A DNA stretch of 63,976 nucleotides, filler included, from Vicugna vicugna (lineage: Eukaryota): the NCBI GenBank assembly GCA_013265495.1. It is 80 parts of 75 records of this genome, joined end to end, with 100 filler letters (N's around TTAATTAATTAA, not from the genome) between each part and the next. Parts side by side here need not be neighbours in the genome. Positions count along the whole stretch, not along the records: positions 61,519 to 62,373 come from MU060755.1; positions 62,474 to 62,533 come from MU060755.1; positions 62,634 to 63,400 come from MU060756.1; positions 63,501 to 63,976 come from MU060777.1; 76 more parts are not named here. The stretch is one strand, 5' to 3'. Shown one piece after another: positions 61,419 through 63,976 of the stretch; position 1 is the first letter of the stretch, and the number at the start of each line of letters is the position of its first letter. The position numbers and the translations under genes are program-made. Below the pieces are notes generated by a model, which searched no databases, was not told the origin of the DNA, and was given only the letters and a program-made list of their open reading frames with translations.

Positions 61419-62633
61419 NNNNNNNNNNNNNNNNNNNNNNNNNNNNNNNNNNNNNNNNNNNNTTAATTAATTAANNNNNNNNNNNNNNNNNNNNNNNNNN
61501 NNNNNNNNNNNNNNNNNNTTCTTAATCTGCATTTTAAGGAACTTATGTAATGAAGGTTTTCACAAGTTTTTAGAACCCTCCATCGCTGAGACAGAAAACA
61601 TACTAAATATTTTCTAAATTCAGCTATCATGTGCATCTTTTCTTTGCTTTTATTTTCTTAACTGCTAACAAAAAATAAATTAAGGCCGCAAATAGGATAG
61701 AACATTGAAGGGGCAAACAAAATTAAAGGGCAAAGACAGAAAAATGATAAGTAATCTACAAAGTTAATAGAATACATACACTATGGATCAGATCAGCAAT
61801 TCTCAGTAACAGCTAATTGAAACCTGACCATGAGGTAAAACGTCTCTCCTGTCAGGAGATGGCCAACAGAAAATAGAATTAAACCAACAAGCTAAAATTC
61901 TAAGTCTGGCGGGGTATAGAAGTCTACCAGCTAAATGTGTCCTCTTCTGGAAACGAGGGAGAATCACCAGCTCTTTTCTTTGGAGCCTGAGCCCAGGGAA
62001 GGGCGGTGAAGGGATCTCTGTAAGTTTCCAATTAGCAAAGTGAATGATGAATAAAGAGACGTGAGCTTTGATGACAGAGATGATACTACTATTCACTTGT
62101 CCTGTCAAGTATGACTTCATGCTCAGTGATCAATACCTGGGCGTCCTCAGGGATTGAGATTATAGGAAAATGCACAGCCCGGGCCCAGACCTCCTCTGTG
62201 AGCTCGTGACACTGCACTTACATATCTCAAGGGTACCTCCAACTCAAGCTTAGGCCCTCACAGATGTGACTGTACCCCTCATTTAGGGCCCAGATATCCT
62301 CAGTCACCGAGTCCCACCACCCACACCTGACCTACCAGGTACTCACTGGCACTCACTCAGCACTGAACTGACTNNNNNNNNNNNNNNNNNNNNNNNNNNN
62401 NNNNNNNNNNNNNNNNNTTAATTAATTAANNNNNNNNNNNNNNNNNNNNNNNNNNNNNNNNNNNNNNNNNNNNCCATCCCGAATAAGCTCTCAGTATCAT
62501 CTGCACAAAGCCCCACCCAAGGGCCTCATTTCTNNNNNNNNNNNNNNNNNNNNNNNNNNNNNNNNNNNNNNNNNNNNTTAATTAATTAANNNNNNNNNNN
62601 NNNNNNNNNNNNNNNNNNNNNNNNNNNNNNNNN

Positions 62634-63400
62634 ACAATGGTTCCGGAATCCTGAGCGTGAGGAGGTTCCACCAAAGTTTGGCAGCGCGTGGGATCTAACG
62701 GAATGGCTAAGCTCGTCTCCCCTTAGTTTTTTCCTAATGTCTCTGTGCCAGGGAAAGCTAGGGGGGTTTGCAGGATATACCAGTGACAGGGACTGCCTCC
62801 CCAAATTCAGGGAAGATATTTCACGGACTTCCCCGAACAGGGAACACCTGTGACTGAAGAGAGCTGCGTGGAGTTGTCTCTCGAGCTCCCCCACGCACTG
62901 ACAATGGTTCCGGAATCCTGAGCGTGGGGAGGTTCCACCAACGGTCGNNNNNNNNNNNNNNNNNNNNNNNNNNNNNNNNNNNNNNNNNNNNNNNNNNNNN
63001 NNNNNNNNNNNNNNNNNNNNNNNNNNNNNNNNNNNNNNNNNNNNNNNNNNNNNNNNNNNNNNNNNNNNNNNNNNNNNNNNNNNNNNNNNNNNNNNNNNNN
63101 NNNNNNNNNNNNNNNNNNNNNNNNNNNNNNNNNNNNNNNNNNNNNNNNNNNNGCACTGACAATGGTTCCGGAATCCTGAGCGTGGGGAGGTTCCACGAAC
63201 GGTCGGCATCGCGTGGGTTCAAACGGAAAGCCTAAGCTCGTCTCCCCTGAGGGTTTTCCTAATGTCTCTGTGCCACGGAATGCTAGGGGGGTTTGCAGTA
63301 TATCCCAGTGACAGAGGCTGCCTCCCAAAGCTCTGGGAAGTTATTTCTCAGACTTCCACTAACAGGGAACACCTGTGACTGAAGAGAGCTGCATGGAGTT
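62634..63400 (-). repeat. Satellite A
   Basis: About three units across a gap. Confidence 0.95.
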
Positions 63401-63500
63401 NNNNNNNNNNNNNNNNNNNNNNNNNNNNNNNNNNNNNNNNNNNNTTAATTAATTAANNNNNNNNNNNNNNNNNNNNNNNNNNNNNNNNNNNNNNNNNNNN

Positions 63501-63976
63501 GAGGTTCCACCAACGGTCGGCAGCGCGTGTGTTCTAATGGAGTGCGTGTGCTCGTATACCCTGAATGTTTTCATTTTGTCTCTGTGCCAGGGAATGCTAG
63601 GGGGGGTTGCAGGAATTGCCAGTGACAGAGGCTGCCTCCCCAAGGTCAGGGAAGGTATTTCTCGGACTTCCCCGTTCAGGGAACACCTGTGACTGAAGAG
63701 AGCTGCGTGGAGTTNNNNNNNNNNNNNNNNNNNNNNNNNNNNNNNNNNNNNNNNNNNNNNNNNNNNNNNNNNNNNNNNNNNNNNNNNNNNNNNNNNNNNN
63801 NNNNNNNNNNNNNNNNNNNNNNNNNNNNNNNNNNNNNNNNNNNNNNNNNNNNNNNNNNNNNNNNNNNNNNNNNNNNNNNNNNNNNNNNNNNNNNNNNNNN
63901 NNNNNNNNNNNNNNNNNNNCGGACTTCCTCTTACAGGGAACCCCTGTGACTGAAGAGAGCTGCGTGGAGTGGTCTC
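63501..63976 (-). repeat. Satellite A
   Basis: Reverse complement of A; runs to the window end. Confidence 0.94.

Noticed and set aside
722..63949. Long ORFs composed mostly of X
   Set aside because: They are open only because N codons are not stops.

Overview
This window is not a contiguous locus. It is an artificial concatenation of 80 short (about 60-1550 bp) unplaced scaffolds from a mammalian short-read assembly, joined by 79 copies of the same 100-nt linker (N44-TTAATTAATTAA-N44, stop codons in all six frames). A tRNA-derived Vic-1-type SINE points to a camelid (alpaca/llama/camel). 45 of the 80 pieces are tandem satellite DNA of five families, with my own labels. A is a GC-rich 267-bp monomer (14 pieces). 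B is a 249-bp monomer (7). C is an AT-rich ~740-bp higher-order repeat of three diverged ~247-bp subunits (13). D is a ~266-270-bp array of several monomer types (7). E is an AGAATAT heptamer-based satellite (4). The remainder is fragments of L1, MIR, L2, MLT1, MER53 and ERV LTRs plus anonymous sequence with a few weak candidate exons. No protein-coding gene, RNA gene or CRISPR array is supportable, and nearly all listed ORFs are N-runs or satellite read-through. I found no credible new gene system. The most interesting readable signal is satellite evolution: B and C are colinear homologues, as are A and D, so each of two ancestral monomers persists both as a homogeneous array and as a multi-subunit array. 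Strand for satellites is relative to an arbitrary reference orientation (A/D: TTAGAACCCA; B/C: TCCACATGCTCA; E: AGAATAT).
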